NCBI GenBank assembly: GCA_965242925.1
Contig: CBDEUM010000012.1
Coordinates: 64,001 to 128,000 of the forward strand
DNA length: 64,000 nucleotides
Source of the DNA: Roseibacillus sp.
Lineage (GTDB): Bacteria; Verrucomicrobiota; Verrucomicrobiia; Verrucomicrobiales; Akkermansiaceae
Direction of reading: 5' to 3'
The notes beneath the pieces are model-generated. The model saw only the letters and a list, made by a program, of their open reading frames with translations, was not told the origin of the DNA and made no database searches. This document shows, one piece after another, positions 19,519 to 31,300 of this stretch (position 1 is the first letter of the stretch; every line of letters starts with the position of its first letter). The translations under genes and the position numbers were made by a program.

Positions 19519-22512
19519 GTGAATTACTGCTCTAACAAATTCCCTTCCCGAGGGCTGATGGCTGGCCTCGCTGTAGTCCTCATGGGATTGCTTGCTACCC
19601 AGGCACGAAGCGATTCACGGGATCACGAACAGGGCCTGCAATTCTTCGAGCGCAGGATTCGCCCCGCCCTGGTGACGCACTGCTACGAGTGTCACTCCGC
19701 AGGTTCCAAGAAGGTGGGCGGCAAGCTCTACCTGGATCATGCAGGGGGGCTCCTGCGGGGTGGCGAGTCCGGCCCTGCGATTGTCCCCGGCCGCCCCGGG
19801 GAGAGCCTTTTCATCCGGGCGATCCGGAAAGAGAATGACGACCTCGTCATGCCCCCGGACGACAAACCTTCCCTGCCGGAAGCTGTCGTTAACGATCTTG
19901 TCGAGTGGGTGAGACGCGGGGCTCCCGACCCCCGTGCCTCACCTGGCGGAAAGAGCCCACAGGAAGTAATGCCCGATGAGGCCGCCCTCTGGTCCTTCCA
20001 GCCACTCGGAAAACCAACTCCCCCTCCGCTACGCGACCAGGACTGGCCCAGGAATGACATCGACCGGTTCCTCCTTGCCCAACTGGAGTCCCGGGAATTC
20101 CGGCCCGCCGATGATGCCCCGCCCGAAACGCTGATCCGTCGACTCTACTGCGACCTCGTCGGATTGGCTCCGACCTACGACGAGATCGGTGAATTCCTCA
20201 GCGCCTGCCAGCAGAACAGGCAGTCTGCAGTGGAGGCCCTGGTCGATCGCCTCCTGGCCTCGCCTCATTTCGGTGAACGCTGGGGCCGGCACTGGCTGGA
20301 TGTTGGGCGTTACGGCGAATCGAATGGCAACGATGGACTGGGGCGCAATCCGACCTTCCCCCACGCCTGGCGATACCGGGACTACGTCATCCAGGCCTTC
20401 AACGACGACGTCCCCTACGATCTCTTTCTGAAGCAGCAGATCGCCGGGGACCTCCTCCCCTCCTCCTCCCCCGGGGAACGCCACCGCAACCTGACCGCCA
20501 CCGGCTTCCTCGCCATTGGACACAAACCGGCTGCTGCCATGAACGAGAACTTCGCCATGGACGTGGTGGACGACCAGATCAACACCGTGGCTACCGCGAC
20601 GATGGGACTGAGCGTCGCTTGCGCGCGCTGTCACGACCATAAACACGACCCCATCTCAACCCGGGACTACTACGCCCTCGCCGGGATCTTCAGGAGCACC
20701 GAGACGCTCTGGGGAAAAGCGGCCAACGAGAAACTCACCGCGCCAGCTACCCCCCTCCATGACCTGCAGGTCAAGACCGGGAAACCAGAGGAGAAGTCGG
20801 CTCCGGAATTTGCCAAGGGTTACGGCGAGGCGATCAATGCATTAAAGCCCGTCCTCTACGCGTCCCTGTCGGGTCCGGCGGAAAACCTCGTAATCGAGAA
20901 AGGGGTGACGCTCGCGCCAGGGACTTTTGCCAGGACGGAGGAAGGTCGTCTGCAAGCCGGGTCCGCCCTTCCGGTCAACAGCTATTCCGTCTCCTTCTGG
21001 TTCCGCAATGATCTCGGTAATAGCACGCGGGCCATTACCGCCTACCTCTTCTCCCATGCCGTGCTCGGTGACAAGGAACAGAAGGGAGATCACCTTGGAA
21101 TTGGTGGCACCCATGACCCGGGCCGGTCCGGCAAACTCTTCCTCTGGAACGGCACCAGGCAGAACGAGGGCGCAGCCGGCACCAGGGTCCTCGCTCCCGG
21201 CAACTGGAATCATGTGGTTCTTGCCCGCGACGGCAAGCGCATGCGCCTCTACCTGAACGGAGACCCCAAGCCCGAAATTGATGCCGAGATGCAGGTGGCC
21301 GCCCCTGTAAACGGGACCATCTCCATCGGCGCCCGCAATGACCGCTTCGCTCCTCTCAAGGGTTTCCTCGCTCACCTGGCGGTCTTCGATCGGAGCCTGG
21401 GGCCGGGTGAGGCCAACCGTCTACATGCCGCATCCGGCCAGAAACCGGGAACCCGGGAAGCACCTAGACCAGCTTTCGCGATGGGAGTAAGGGAGGGCAA
21501 GGCGATCACAGACTGCAAGATCAACATCGACGGCAACTCAAAGAAACTTGGATCCAGCGTCCCCCGGGGATTTCTTCCTGCCTGCTCGACGGAACTCAGT
21601 CCCCCCATCATCGGAACGGAGGCGAGCGGACGTCTGCAACTGGCGGACTGGCTCACCCGGGGCGACCACCCGCAGACTGCCCGCGTGATGGCCAATCGGA
21701 TCTGGCTTCATCTCTTCGGCCGTGGTCTGGTGACCACTCCTGATGATTTCGGCGTCTACGGAGCCCGCCCCTCTCATCCCGAACTCCTTGACCACCTCGC
21801 CCGGCGCTTCATGGAGGACGGCTGGTCGACAAAGAAACTGATCCGCACCATTACCCTCAGCCGCAGCTACCAGCTCGACAGCTCCTGCCAGGATAATCGG
21901 TTACTGGAAGCCGACCCGGCAAACGTCCTGGCCGGAAGACACCAGCGTCGAAGCCTCGACGCGGAGTCCCTGCGCGACCGCATCCTGCAGGCTGGCGGCA
22001 CGCTTGACCTGGAACCCGCCCGGGGCTCCGCGATCGATGATCTCGATATCCTCCTCAACTGGCCGCCGGGAGAGGCCAAGTATCTCCATGAACCAAGCAC
22101 CCACCGCAGTGTGTATCTCTGCATGCTGCGCAATGCGTTGCCAAAGGAACTGAGCTCCTTCAACTTCCCTGATGGCATGACCGTGACAGGCCAGCGCAGC
22201 ACGGCCACTCCGCCTACCCAGGCCCTCTTCTTCCTGAACAATCCCCTGCTCATCGCCCAGGCCCGATCCCTGGCCGAACGGATTCTCGCTCAGTCGGTTC
22301 TCTCCGACCAGCAGGCTAATCTCGAATCCAGAGTCACCACCGCCTATCGACAAATCCTGCAGCGGAATCCTTCCAGGGAGGAAGTGACCCGCGCCCTCTC
22401 GCACGTGCACGATCAGGAAGTGGACCTCTCCGGGGCTGGCTCAACCCTCCGGGCGTGGGCAAGTTTTTGCCAAGCGTTATTGGCAAGTAACGAGTTTCGT
22501 TATATTGACTAG
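19519..22512 (+). CDS. PSD1/DUF1553-DUF1549 planctomycete cytochrome c domain protein with inserted LamG-like domain
   Basis: CYECH, GERWGRHWLDVGRY, CARCHDHK, TARVMANRIW, PSHPELLD. LamG-like insert (WNHVVLARDG..RLYLNG). Confidence 0.9.
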   Translation: MNYCSNKFPSRGLMAGLAVVLMGLLATQARSDSRDHEQGLQFFERRIRPALVTHCYECHSAGSKKVGGKLYLDHAGGLLRGGESGPAIVPGRPGESLFIRAIRKENDDLVMPPDDKPSLPEAVVNDLVEWVRRGAPDPRASPGGKSPQEVMPDEAALWSFQPLGKPTPPPLRDQDWPRNDIDRFLLAQLESREFRPADDAPPETLIRRLYCDLVGLAPTYDEIGEFLSACQQNRQSAVEALVDRLLASPHFGERWGRHWLDVGRYGESNGNDGLGRNPTFPHAWRYRDYVIQAFNDDVPYDLFLKQQIAGDLLPSSSPGERHRNLTATGFLAIGHKPAAAMNENFAMDVVDDQINTVATATMGLSVACARCHDHKHDPISTRDYYALAGIFRSTETLWGKAANEKLTAPATPLHDLQVKTGKPEEKSAPEFAKGYGEAINALKPVLYASLSGPAENLVIEKGVTLAPGTFARTEEGRLQAGSALPVNSYSVSFWFRNDLGNSTRAITAYLFSHAVLGDKEQKGDHLGIGGTHDPGRSGKLFLWNGTRQNEGAAGTRVLAPGNWNHVVLARDGKRMRLYLNGDPKPEIDAEMQVAAPVNGTISIGARNDRFAPLKGFLAHLAVFDRSLGPGEANRLHAASGQKPGTREAPRPAFAMGVREGKAITDCKINIDGNSKKLGSSVPRGFLPACSTELSPPIIGTEASGRLQLADWLTRGDHPQTARVMANRIWLHLFGRGLVTTPDDFGVYGARPSHPELLDHLARRFMEDGWSTKKLIRTITLSRSYQLDSSCQDNRLLEADPANVLAGRHQRRSLDAESLRDRILQAGGTLDLEPARGSAIDDLDILLNWPPGEAKYLHEPSTHRSVYLCMLRNALPKELSSFNFPDGMTVTGQRSTATPPTQALFFLNNPLLIAQARSLAERILAQSVLSDQQANLESRVTTAYRQILQRNPSREEVTRALSHVHDQEVDLSGAGSTLRAWASFCQALLASNEFRYID

Positions 22513-22524
22513 GAGAACGAGGCG

Positions 22525-23865
22525 ATGCGAACACTCTCTCGACGTAGATTGCTCCAGGCCACCGGTTGTGGCTTCGGTTCCCTCGCCCTCAATGCCCTCT
22601 GTGGAACCAGCGCCTCCGCAGGGAGCCTCCACCGCAAGACGCCTCCCATCCCGGCTCGGGCCAGACGCGTCATCTTTCTCTGCATGCCGGGTGGACCGGC
22701 TCACCTCGACACCTTTGACTACAAGCCACAGACCGGCAAAACGGAGCATCCGGGATCCGCTTTCCAGTTCAGCCAGCACGGCGAAAGTGGCCTCTGGGTT
22801 TCTGAACTCTATCCCGAAGTGGCCCGGCATGCCGACAATCTCTGCGTGCTCAACGGGATGTATGCCGACACCGGGAATCACGCGCAGTCCTTCCGGCAGA
22901 TGGTCACCGGCGAACGACTGCGCCCTCGCCCCAGCCTGGGCTCATGGGTGAGCTACGGCCTCGGGACTGAGAACGGGAACCTTCCAGGCTTCGTCAGCCT
23001 CAACGCTCACGAGCAGTACGTGTCCTCCGGGGAGTTTCTTCCCGCCCAGTTCACAGGCACTCCCATCGGAACCAACGGTGAGGACATGTCCCTGGCCACC
23101 ATCTCCGATGTGGGCAGCGACCACCTCTCCCAGCGAGCCAAGCGACGCCAACTCGATCTCATCCAGGCCATGAACCACGGTCACCTTGAAGCTCGCGCCG
23201 ATGACCCAAGACTGGAGAGCGTGATCGAATCGATGGAGCTTGGCTTCCGGATGCAGGCCCTCGCCCCCTCTCTGCTTGACGTGAGCACCGAATCCCAAGC
23301 CACCCTCGCGCGCTACCGGGTCGGCAGGAATATCAAGGTGGGCACCTGTCGGCCGTCCGACTTCGGACGCCAGTGCCTCCTGGCCCGCCGCTTTGCGGAA
23401 GCGGGCGTGCGCTTCATCCAAGTTTCCCACAACGGCTGGGATCAGCACAAGAACCACCGCCGCGACCTCAAGGCCAATTGCGAATCGACTGACGCCCCCA
23501 TTGCCGCGCTCCTTGGGGACCTTGATCATCGCGGACTCCTCGACGACACCCTCGTGGTGTGGGGCGGAGAATTCGGGCGTCCCGGCCTCAAACCATCCGA
23601 CAAGAAGGACGAGACGGGTCATCAACCGGCCGGATTCACCTTCTGGCTGGCGGGCGGTGGAGTGAAGCGCGGACTGGCCTACGGCGGGACCGACGGCACC
23701 GGTTCCAAGGCGGTGGAGGGAAAGATTCACTTCCGCGACCTGCACGCCACCATCCTGCACCTCCTCGGTCTGGAACACGACAAACTCACCTTCCCGCATC
23801 AGGGTCGCCTCCACCGTCTTACCGGGCCGGAAGGCGGAAAGGTGGTGAGCGAAATCCTTGCCTAG
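22525..23865 (+). CDS. DUF1501 domain protein (Tat-exported)
   Basis: SRRRLL Tat-like motif, [36 protein letters not shown]. Confidence 0.9.
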   Translation: MRTLSRRRLLQATGCGFGSLALNALCGTSASAGSLHRKTPPIPARARRVIFLCMPGGPAHLDTFDYKPQTGKTEHPGSAFQFSQHGESGLWVSELYPEVARHADNLCVLNGMYADTGNHAQSFRQMVTGERLRPRPSLGSWVSYGLGTENGNLPGFVSLNAHEQYVSSGEFLPAQFTGTPIGTNGEDMSLATISDVGSDHLSQRAKRRQLDLIQAMNHGHLEARADDPRLESVIESMELGFRMQALAPSLLDVSTESQATLARYRVGRNIKVGTCRPSDFGRQCLLARRFAEAGVRFIQVSHNGWDQHKNHRRDLKANCESTDAPIAALLGDLDHRGLLDDTLVVWGGEFGRPGLKPSDKKDETGHQPAGFTFWLAGGGVKRGLAYGGTDGTGSKAVEGKIHFRDLHATILHLLGLEHDKLTFPHQGRLHRLTGPEGGKVVSEILA

Positions 23866-24013
23866 GTGACCCGCTATAAGAAGAAAAACAGAGAATTCCG
23901 CGTCCGCCCCTCCGGTCTCCTTCCCAGAAATTGTCCGGACCACGTCACGTTTCGACACTCCGTTCCCGCTCTTGCTGGCCCCATCGCGTCTGCTACGGTT
24001 TTGTTCTGGAACA

Positions 24014-27000
24014 ATGAAACGCACGGTCACCACCCGCCTCTCGTGCACGCACGGCCTGGGACTCCTCCTCGGCCTGGCGATCCTGTTCAGCGCCTGCAAC
24101 GAGAACGGTGGCAACTCCGGGAACGAACCTGCTCCTCCAGCGCGCCAACCGCCCCAACCGGACAAGGGCGCCGCACAAGCTCCTCCCTCTTCTTCGGACG
24201 CCACCCCCAACCCCGTGATTCCTCCCAGCCCCGCCGTGAAGGCTGGCCCCGCGGAAACGGCTCCCGGCCTGGGCCAGGGGAACCTCATTGCTCCTCTCCG
24301 CGATGCCTACGAACGGATGGATCCGGGCAAGGACGGCTGGGCCTCCGAGGCATTCAGCGCCTCGGCCAGCGAACAGTTGCACCTTCTCGAAGACCTCCTC
24401 GGAGGCCCCGATGACATCACGGCTGCCTCCCTGGGAGAACTAGCGGTGGCGGAGGTATCGACCACCGCCCTGCGGCCAGAGAACCTGTCACTCACTTTCG
24501 ACGACGGCCGCTTCCTCGTCCGGCGTCCCCCTGCCTTGCCGGGCCATAATACACCCGGGATCGCAGCCCTCTCCGCCACCCTGAACAAGCTGCGCCCCGA
24601 GGAGGGCTCCATCGATCCCCACATGAAAATCTTCCGCGTTTTCCCCGGGGAAAAAGGCACGGCCAAATGCCTGGTGCTGGTGGACATCCTCAACCATAGC
24701 GGGCAGTCGCGAACCCAGATCAATGCGACCTGGTCCTGCAACTGGAGGCTTTCCCCCGACCAGTCCCCGCTCCTGACCTCGATCGCGCTCACCAGATACG
24801 AGGAAATCACGCAATCCGTCGACTCCCGGCCCCTTTTCGCCGATGCCACCCGGACCCTCCTCGACCGGGAGGATGCATATCACAAACAGTTCCTCCATTC
24901 CTCGGACCACTGGCGGGCCCACCTGCCCCGCGAACTGGGACTCGACCCGGTGGCCAATCATGGCCTTGCCATTGGCGACATCAACGGTGACGGCCTCGAC
25001 GATCTCTATGTATGCCAGCAGGGGGGCCTTCCCAACCGGATGTTCCTCCAGAATCCAGACGGCACCCTGCGCGACATCACCCGGACCAGTGGTGCCGGAT
25101 GGCTTGAATACTGTGCTGCAGCGCTCCTCGTCGATCTCGACAATGACGGCGACCGTGACCTGATCGTTTCACAGGACTTTCGGGTGATGGTCATGGCCAA
25201 TGATGGCAACGGGGCCTTCACCCTTGCCTTCGGTTCCTCCACCAAGGCCCAGTCATTCTCACTGGCAGCTGCCGACTATGACAACGACGGCCTCGTCGAT
25301 TTCTACATCTGCGGATACAACCCGTCCCAGTCCAAACTGCGGGGCGGAGCGATGGGAGAGCCCATGCCTTTTCACGATGCCAACAACGGCGGACCCAACA
25401 TGCTGTGGCGCAACGAGGGCAACCTGGGATTCAAGGACGTCACCGGAGTCACCGGCATGAACGCAAACAACACCCGCTACTCCTTTGCCGCCTCGTGGGA
25501 AGACTACGACAACGACGGTGACCAGGACCTTTACGTTGCCAATGACTATGGTCGAAACTGCCTTTACCGCAACGACGGTGGTTCCTTCTCTGAAATTGCA
25601 GCCGGGCTGCACCTTGAGGACACCTCTTCCGGCATGTCGGTGAGCTGGGCCGACTTCAACCTCGATGGCCAGATGGACGTCTACACCAGCAACATGTTCT
25701 CCAGTGCCGGAAACCGCATTACCTACCAGAAACAGTTCAAGTCCGACCTGCCCGAGGACGTTCGGAAACAATTCCAGCATCTTGCAATCGGGAACTCCTT
25801 GTTTGAGGGCGTTGCCAATAAGCCCTTCAAGGACGTGGGGATCGGAGCCGGGGTCAACATGGGCCGCTGGGCCTGGGGCTCAAAGTTCGTCGATTTCAAC
25901 AACGACGGCCGGGACGATATCCTGGTCGCCAATGGCTTCATCACCACTGCGGACACCGGCGACTTGTGAAGTGTCTACTGGCGGCAGGTCGTGTCGCAAT
26001 CCCCCGTCGATGATTTCTCCGAACCCGCCATCGCCTCCTACAAGCAGGGATGGCGGGCGCTGAGCCGTCTCCTGCACGAGGACCGCAGCTTCAGCGGCAA
26101 CGAACGCCACTGCGCCTTCCTCAACACCGGTAGCGAAGAGGCGAGCTTTGCGGATGTATCAGCTCTCACCGGATTCGGTTTTTCTGACGATGGTCGCGGC
26201 CTTGCCACGGTCGACTGGGACTTTGACGGGGATCTCGACGTCTGGATGACAAACCGCAACGCCCCTCGGGTGCGTTTTCTCACCAATCACACGCCGCCCG
26301 GCCAGAAGTTCATTGCCATTAAGCTCCGCGGGAACGGCAGGACCTGCAACCGTGACGCCATCGGGGCGCGCCTGGAGCTAACCCTCGAAGGGGTGGCACC
26401 AGCCACCCGCATCCGCACCCTGCGCTGCGGGGAGGGCTTCCTCTCCCAGTCCAGCAACTGGGTTCACTTCGGCATCGGTAAAGCCACCGGAATCACCAGC
26501 CTGGTAGTCAAATGGCCTGCCGGACCGGCCGAGAGCTTCACCGGCCTGCAGGCGGGTACATTCTGCCTCATCCAGCAGGGCACCGGGGCGTCTCGCCTCT
26601 TCTCCCCACCAGAACAGCGCGTTGTCTTGACTCCGCGGGAACAGACTCCCCTTCCTCCCACCGGAAACACACGTACCATCGCTCCCGCAGGACTTCCCCT
26701 GCCCCGGCTGGAAGTGATCGGGGAAAACGGGGAACTGCAACCTTACGCCCCCGACGGAAAACGTCCCCTCGCCATCAATATCTGGTCAAGTATCTGCGCA
26801 GCATGTGTGGCCGAACTATCCGAGTGGTCAGAGCACCGTGACGATTTGGCAGGAGCGGGCCTCGACGTGCTCACGCTCAGTACCGACCACCTCGATGGCG
26901 CGGCTCCACCGGAAGCGACGCGGGCCGCCCTTGCCAGGACCAGTTCCCCCTTCCCCAACCTGTCCATCTCGGAAGCCGCCCTCAAGGGTCTCGACTTCCT

Positions 27001-28069
27001 GCAGCGCTCCGTCCTCGATCGCAGGACCCCCCTCCCCGTTCCGAGCACTTTCCTGATCAACACCGACGGGGAACTGGTGGCCTTCTATCGGGGGCCGGTT
27101 GCCGTCAACCAGCTCCTCCAGGATCTGCGCCTGACGGGAACAGAGCAGCCCCCTGATGCCCGACGCAATGCCGCCATCCCCTTCCCCGGGCGCTGGATCG
27201 GCAAGGCCGTCCCGGGACGACCCAATCGCGTCGCTTCGATCATGGCTGACCACGATGAAGTCGAACTCGGGGCTGCCTACCTGGAACACTGTGCTTCCCT
27301 CCTCGAATCAAAAGCAGATGATCCAGACAGCAGACGCAATCTCGGTGATATCTACTACGTCGCCGGACTGCTGAACGGACTCAAGTCCGATCGCCGCGAA
27401 CTCGCCATCGAGCAACTCTCCCGCGCTCGTGAGCTGATGCCGCAGGACGTTCGCATCCGTTTGGAACTGGGGCGTCAATTCTTCCTGGCGGGACAATTGC
27501 ACAACGCCGAGCAGGAGATGGGCAAGGCTGCCGAGATCAACCCCGGTGACCTGGCACTGCTCATGGATCTCGGGTTGATGCGTTTTCGCCTGGGAGAATA
27601 CGAGAAATCACATGAGGTTTACAGGAACGTCATCCGGGCCACGCCCCGCAACGGTCTGGCCCGCTATCACCTGGCCAATAATGAAGTCCGGCTCAGGCGA
27701 TTGCCAGAAGCCATCGAAAACTATCGCAGGGCTCTTGCTCGTATTCCGGATCTCACCGAGGCCGCCAACAACCTGGCATGGATCCTCGCCAGTCATCCCA
27801 ATGAGAATCTTCGATCCCCGGAAGAAGCGCTCACCATCACCACCCGCCTCTGCCAACAAACCCGGGAGCGATCCCCGCTCTATCTGGACACCCATTCGAT
27901 CGCCCTGGCCAATCTCGGGAGGTTCCAGGATGCCATCGCGACCGCCAACAAGGCGATTGCGCTCATCCCTCCACGGAACGCGTCCGCGATCGATGGCATC
28001 CGCGGACGCATCTCCCTCTACGCCGCCAGCAAGCCCTACCGTGAACGTGGATGGAAAATGGAAGATTGA
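24014..28069 (+). CDS. CRTAC1-like lipoprotein: FG-GAP repeats + ASPIC/UnbV + CxxC redoxin + TPR; probable selenoprotein (Sec at TGA 25967-25969), about 1351 aa
   Basis: ORFs 23972..25969 and 25991..28069 are in frame and joined by TGA-AGT-GTC-TAC-TGG-CGG-CAG-GTC (DTGDL-U-SVYWRQVVSQSP). Lipobox LFSAC. DxNxDG repeats occur on both sides of the TGA. Also NRDAIGA and GEGFLSQ..VHFGIG (ASPIC), WSSICAAC (redoxin) and TPRs. Confidence 0.85.
25970..25999 (+). promoter_or_regulatory. Putative bacterial SECIS element
   Basis: 11 nt after UGA: stem GCGGCA (25981-86)/UGUCGC (25992-97) with loop GGUCG. It contains GCAGGUC, as in the E. coli fdhF SECIS apex. Confidence 0.75.
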
Positions 28070-28329
28070 TGAATCTTTCGAAATATCTTTGTCGGTTTAA
28101 TTTCTAGCTTTGCGCAGAACAGATAGCGTCTTGCCCTTACTGACTTACTGATTAACAAAGCAGGATCCTGGAACCTGGATTACTGGTGATTCCCGTTGAC
28201 CCGGACCTGCCAGTGAACAACATGTGAGATAGCCCAAGGCCCTTGTTGATAACTTGGCCGCAACCCCTGCCCCCATTGGGCAGCCTCCTCTACAACTGCA
28301 GAATCCAAGAACAGAACCCAGATATTACG
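28042..28329 (+). repeat. Conserved upstream region, copy 1 (homologous to 33001-33324); includes candidate promoter TTGACC-N16-CAACAT (28196-28223)
   Basis: Alignable by eye with 33001-33324: gtggatggaaaatgga, gaaatatctt, ttgcgcaga, ccgttgacc, ccagtgaacaacat, gccgcaaccc, tccaagaac. Confidence 0.8.
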
Positions 28330-31300
28330 ATGAAGGCCCACACCTTATTCACTTCTCTTTCCATCCTGGCCGGCGGTGCAACCATCGCAGGCGCAGCCAC
28401 CATAATAGGCGACGGCGCAGCCCGCCCATTCGCCAGCGGGGGAAGTCCCGATGGCTGGTCCGGGGTCAGCGTGCTCGAAACCGCCATCATCGACTCTACC
28501 ACCGTAGACGGCGTGGGGACCCTTGTCGAAATTACGGAGGTCTCGATGTTGGCCGGGGCTGATCGCGCTGGCGGAGTTCACCACTTTGCACCCATCCTCA
28601 TCGACTCCTCAAACCAAATCGCCTGGATCGGTCCTGAGCTCACCCCGACGCAGCCCGGCCACAATGTCTTTCCCATTACCGGAGCGGAGCTGATTGATGT
28701 CACCTACCGAAACCTACCGACTCGGCGTCTGGCAGTGGAATGAGGGTGTTGATGACAACGCCGGGGGGACCGTCGCCTTCGCCGGAGGTGGCGGCGGCGG
28801 GATGTTCCAGCAGAATCTCAATGGAACTCTCGGTGCCGATGCCATTTCGATCGGCCACGATGTTTCGGGGGGGGAACAACATGCCTCTGGTCCCGGTGGT
28901 CGCGACTACCAGATCGATGTGGTGGCCACCCGTGTTGCAAGCGCCGATGGCGACGGCGACGGGTTGCCGGATTCATGGGAAACCGCCAACAACCTCGATC
29001 CGACCGACAACGGCCAAGATCCGAATAACAACGGTGTTGCGGGCGATCCGGACCAAGGCGCTGACGGCGACCCGGACAACGACAATCTGACGAATCTGGA
29101 GGAGTTCGAGCTCCACACCGATCCCACCGATGATGATTCGGATGATGACGGTCTCACCGATGGCGCGGAAGCCACTGCCGGCACTGACCCGCTCGATGCC
29201 GACAGCGATGGAGACGGCCTGCCCGACGGGGTGGAAACCGGCACCGGCACCTTTGTCGACGCCAACGACACCGGCACCGACCCCCTCGATGTCGACAGTG
29301 ACGACGACGGGGTGGGTGACCAAGCCGAGATCGCATTTAATACCGATCCCAATGATGCCGCCTCAAAACCGGACGGCATCGCCGAGCTCGACACCCTGAG
29401 CATACTGCCTACCGGCAACTACGCGTTCCTGGGTGGCGGGCAAATCGTCAACGGCTACGTCGAGAACGATGGCACCCACAGCTGGCTGCTGGTTGGGCGG
29501 GGCCGCGAGGGCTGGACCTGGAACGCAGCCGGCCAGGGATCGGCAAACAACGTGAGCCAGGATATCGGAACCCCTGACGCGTTCGCGCCGGCCACCTACA
29601 GCACGGCTTTCATCAACGACCTGATCAGCGGATCGGGCGCTGATCTGACCGGAGTGGAGATTCGTATCAAGCGTGCAAGTAACCCGGAAGGCTCCGCCTA
29701 CGAGGAAGGGCGCTGGCGTCCGATTACTGAAAGCGCATGGCGATGGAACTTTGATGCCGCCATGCAGGTCGAGTATGAAGTGGTGGCCACCAACGGTGTC
29801 CAGGGTGGACAGCTTGGAACCCAGAACCGCGACACCCGTGACGGTGAGCTTGGCGGCAACGACGGGGACCGCATCTTCACCTGGAACTGGGGTGACCATG
29901 GGGTCATGGGCTTCAGTTTCGGCAGCCTGGTCGGTAACGGCTCGACCGATGCAACCAGCTTTCTCTGGGAGAATGGTAATGAGAACCACGCCATTCCCTA
30001 CGCCGAAATCTACATCCGCCTTGAGAACCCGGGTCAGGTTCCCGGTGATGATACTGATGGTGACGGCATCGTTGATATCGTCGAGGTGGCACTTGTGGGC
30101 AACCTGGATGACCTCACTGCCGGCGATGACGACGGTGACGGCCTTGACAGTCCTGACGAGATCTCCACCCACGGCACCGACCCCAATGATCCCGACACCG
30201 ACGGTGACGGACTGGATGATGGAGCCGAGATCGCCGCTGGAGCCGACCCGCTGAATACCGACAGCGACGGCGACGGCCTGCTCGATGGCGTGGAGACCGG
30301 CACCGGCATCTTTGTCGATGCCAACAACACCGGCACCGACCCCCTCGACATCGACAGTGATGGCGACGGTGCCAGTGACTCGTTCGAGATCAGCGAGAAC
30401 ACCGATCCGAACGATGCCGGCAGCACTCCGTCCTTCCCGATCGTGCAGCCCTCCTTCGTTCCCATCAATGAACTGGCCCCCGGCTCCTACGGGCCGGACT
30501 TCGCCCAGAGAGGAGTGAACTACCAGGAGAACCACTACGGCGGCGGTGTCATCTTCAACAACAACGCCCTGGGCAACTACAACGTGCACACCTCGGGAGT
30601 TCCGGCCCCCACCGCCTCCTTCGATGCCATCGAACCCCTGACCGCCCATGGTAATGGCGGGGGAACCATCTCCATCCACAACCGCCCCTGGCTCGACGCT
30701 GGCGGGGAGAACTTCACGGCGCGCTACAACGGCTACCTCGACATGACGGCCTTCAACCCGGGGACCTACAAGATCCACCTCGGGGCCGATGACACCAACT
30801 ACTTCATCATGAACACCGCAGACGGCGATGTCATCTCACAGCACAACTGCTGCCCGGCGAACCAGGAGCACACCTTCACCATGAACATCCCCGGCATGTT
30901 CCCCTTCGACAACGTCTTCGGGGAGCAGGGCGGCGGCGACTGGACCGAAGTCGGCATCAGCGGCCCCGGCATCCCCGGGATCGTGGCCCTCGGTGACACC
31001 GCCAACGGCAGCCCCCCGGTTTATCCCATCGGAGCGGATGCAGAGGACAGTGACGGCGACGATCTCCCGGACGCCTGGGAGACCGCTTGGGTCGCCATCA
31101 ACGACCTGACCCAGTTGTCCGATACAGGGGACTTCGACGCCGACGGGCTCACCGACCTGGAGGAACTCGCCGCCGGCACCAATCCCACCGACACCGACAG
31201 CGACGGCGACGGGATCTCTGACGGGGCCGAAACCAACACCGGCACCTTTGTCAACGCCAGTGACACCGGAACCAATCCTCGCGATGCCGACACCGATGGT

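Noticed and set aside
17030..19522. 830-aa plus-strand ORF and other long antisense ORFs (e.g. 6762..8384, 29363..30778, 40055..41398, 61225..62505)
   Set aside because: They lie antisense to well-supported genes and have no recognisable motifs. Such shadow ORFs are expected from GC-rich codon bias.
28085..28145. Minus-strand GGGCAA...CGCAAAGC resembling a c-di-GMP-I riboswitch
   Set aside because: It lacks the GNRA-capped P2 stem, is poorly kept in copy 2, and is oriented away from the downstream gene.
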